From NCBI GenBank assembly GCA_963706595.1, contig OY970166.1:4640001-4704000 (forward strand): a stretch of 64,000 bases of DNA, written 5' to 3'. Of this stretch, positions 61,880-64,000 are shown one piece after another. Numbering within the stretch: the stretch's first letter is position 1; each line of letters starts with the position of its first letter. The notes under the pieces are model-generated. The model was not told where the DNA came from and made no database searches. It saw nothing but the letters and a program-made list of their open reading frames with translations. Source of the DNA: an uncultured cyanobacterium (GTDB lineage: Bacteria > Cyanobacteriota > Cyanobacteriia > Cyanobacteriales > Nostocaceae). A program made the translations under genes and the position numbers.

Positions 61880-64000
61880 CTATTCCTCATCCAGTTGCAT
61901 TTGATGGCGATTTGGTTTGAATAAACTGGCTGTGGTTGTTTTCATCACAATATACAAAATTGGCACGACAAACAAACTCAGAAAAGTAGCGATTAACATC
62001 CCGCCAAATACCGTAGTTCCCAAAGACAGACGACTTCCCGCACCAGCACCTGTGGCAATAGTTAAGGGGAAAATACCCAGAAGCGTAGAAAAGGCTGTCA
62101 TCAAAATCGGGCGTAAACGTCCTTGTGCAGCCTCTACAGCCGCCTTAGTAATGGAAAGCCCTTCATCCCGCAGTTGATTGGCAAATTCCACAATCAAAAT
62201 CGCATTCTTACTCGCCAAACCAATCAACATGACTAGACCGATTTGACAGTAAACATCATTAGCAAAACCTCGCATTGATTGAGCTACAAGTGCGCCAAAA
62301 ATTGCTAAAGGCACTGATAAGAGAATAATTAAGGGGTCTATGTAGTTCTCATACTGAGCAGCTAGCACTAAAAAGACGAAGACAATTCCTAAACCAAAGA
62401 TAATCGGGGCTAAACCGCCAGATTCTATTTCTTCTAATGCGGTTCCTGACCACTCATAACCAAAACTAGGTGGTAAAATTTCTTCTGCTAGGTTTTCCAT
62501 TGCTTGAATAGCCTTACCAGAACTAGAACCGGGAGCCGCAGAACCATTAATTTCAATTGAACGAAATAGATTATAGTGATTAATTGTTTGCGCCCCGACA
62601 ACAGAAGTCGTTGTAATTAAGTTTCTCAAAGGAATCATTTGATTGGTTTGAGAACGAATATGTAGTTGACCGATATCTTTGGGGTTAGAGCGAAACTGTT
62701 GATCGGCTTGGATATAAACTCGATAATTACGCTGCTGGAGATTGAAATCGTTAACGTATTGAGAACCCAATGCAGTTTGCAGAGTCCGGAAGATATCATC
62801 GATGGAAACTTGCAGTGCTTTGGCTCGATTGCGGTCTACTTCTACCAGCAATTGTGGTGTTTCGGCGGCAAAAGTGCTAAATACAGCTTGTAATCCTGGT
62901 GTTTGGTTGGCGCGACCCAGCAATTGACCCATTGATTGGACTAAACTATCTAAGCCACTACTACCTCTACGGTCTTGTAGTTGAAAATTGAAGCCGCCAA
63001 AGTTACCTAATCCTTGAATGGGTGGTGGATTTACAGGAAAGACTCTGGCTTCTGAGATAGCAAATAATTGCCCTTGTAATTTACCAATGATTGCCTGTAC
63101 TGTTTGGTCTGGTCGTGAGCGTTCTCCCCAAGGTTTTAAAGTTGTAAAGATAATGCCGTTATTTGCAGTGTTACCACTAAAACTAAAGCCGCCAATAGCG
63201 AAGGTTCCCACGACTTCAGGAATTTCTAAGATTTGTTTTTCTACCTGGGCAATGACATCACTGGTATATTGCAGGGAAACTCCTTGTGGCCCTTGGAGCA
63301 GCGTAATAAAATAGCCTTCGTCTTCGTCTGGGAGAAAGGCTGTAGGTACTGTGATATACAGCCAAGCTGTCATTCCCAAGGAGACGATGAATAATCCAAT
63401 AATAATGTTTTTGAAGCGGATGAGAAAGTGGAGCGATCGCTCATAACTTCTTTGTACCGAGTCGAGTACCTGATTAACTCGATCAAAAAACCGCCCCAGC
63501 CAACCTGAAGCTTTCTGTCCTGGACGTAGCAGCAAGGCACACAAAGAAGGTGTCAGGGTCAAGGCCAGAAACGTAGAAATCACAATAGAAAAGGCGATAG
63601 TCAGGGCAAATTGCCGATAAAGTGCGCCTGTAGTTCCCGGAAAAAACGCCACGGGGATAAATACCGCCATCAACACCAAGGAAGTAGCAATAACTGCACC
63701 AAAAAGTTCAGCCATTGACTCACTGGCGGCTCGGCGAGGACTCATGCCTTTATCCTGGATAAAACGGCTGATTTGCTCAACCACCACAATCGCGTCGTCT
63801 ACCACCATCCCAGATGCTAAGGTTAGACCAAATAAAGTCAAACTATTAATGGAAAAGCCAAAAATTCTGGCAAAAATAAATGTCCCAATCAGAGACAAAG
63901 GAACAGTCAAGGCGGGAATTAAAGTAGTTCGCCAGTCTTGCAAGAAGACAAAAATCACAATCACAACCAGTATAATTGCTGCAATTAGAGTCTTGACTAC
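61880..64000 (-). CDS. RND (HAE1/AcrB-like) efflux permease; 5' part lies outside the window
   Basis: GMVVDDAIVVVE, KNAILIVEFA and RLRPILMT motifs. Confidence 0.95.
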   Translation of the reverse strand, partial: VVKTLIAAIILVVIVIFVFLQDWRTTLIPALTVPLSLIGTFIFARIFGFSINSLTLFGLTLASGMVVDDAIVVVEQISRFIQDKGMSPRRAASESMAELFGAVIATSLVLMAVFIPVAFFPGTTGALYRQFALTIAFSIVISTFLALTLTPSLCALLLRPGQKASGWLGRFFDRVNQVLDSVQRSYERSLHFLIRFKNIIIGLFIVSLGMTAWLYITVPTAFLPDEDEGYFITLLQGPQGVSLQYTSDVIAQVEKQILEIPEVVGTFAIGGFSFSGNTANNGIIFTTLKPWGERSRPDQTVQAIIGKLQGQLFAISEARVFPVNPPPIQGLGNFGGFNFQLQDRRGSSGLDSLVQSMGQLLGRANQTPGLQAVFSTFAAETPQLLVEVDRNRAKALQVSIDDIFRTLQTALGSQYVNDFNLQQRNYRVYIQADQQFRSNPKDIGQLHIRSQTNQMIPLRNLITTTSVVGAQTINHYNLFRSIEINGSAAPGSSSGKAIQAMENLAEEILPPSFGYEWSGTALEEIESGGLAPIIFGLGIVFVFLVLAAQYENYIDPLIILLSVPLAIFGALVAQSMRGFANDVYCQIGLVMLIGLASKNAILIVEFANQLRDEGLSITKAAVEAAQGRLRPILMTAFSTLLGIFPLTIATGAGAGSRLSLGTTVFGGMLIATFLSLFVVPILYIVMKTTTASLFKPNRHQMQLDEE

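Noticed and set aside
61880..64000. RND pump as the dedicated exporter of the NRPS product
   Set aside because: Convergent orientation and a generic HAE1 sequence; adjacency alone is not enough evidence.

Overview
64-kb chromosomal window from a filamentous, probably heterocyst-forming cyanobacterium of the Nostocales type. Supporting signs are frequent HIP1 sites (GCGATCGC), STRR heptamer tandem repeats, hglK, psbA and petCA. Most of the window is housekeeping: mgdA, hglK, hemB, cobK, psbA, an MBOAT/SGNH pair, ppc, petC-petA, tRNA-Phe, a Zn-type ABC transporter with an SmtB-like regulator and a porin, NFACT/RqcH, sps, rbp, prfC, metF, trpS and a partial RND pump. Four accessory regions stand out. 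(1) An IS607 element inserted at the hglK stop codon; its TnpB carries Fanzor-like (pro-Fanzor) RuvC motifs and its reading frame overlaps most of tnpA. (2) A tyrosine-integrase islet at tRNA-Phe carrying an AT-rich orphan membrane protein. (3) A TnpA-less IS200/IS605 TnpB element with a divergent ribbon-helix-helix gene; its ends can be deduced from a host hairpin it splits. (4) A ~12.3-kb NRPS cluster (49.5-61.8 kb): an oxalate-CoA-ligase-like A-T loading gene, then a C-A-T module whose A domain is split with a methyltransferase and a flavin monooxygenase gene nested inside it, then a collapsed-module relic, then a Pro-specific C-A-T-TE. The NRPS cluster is the best candidate for an undescribed system, although two in-frame TGA codons suggest it may be decaying. 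All assignments come from manual motif reading; no searches were run.
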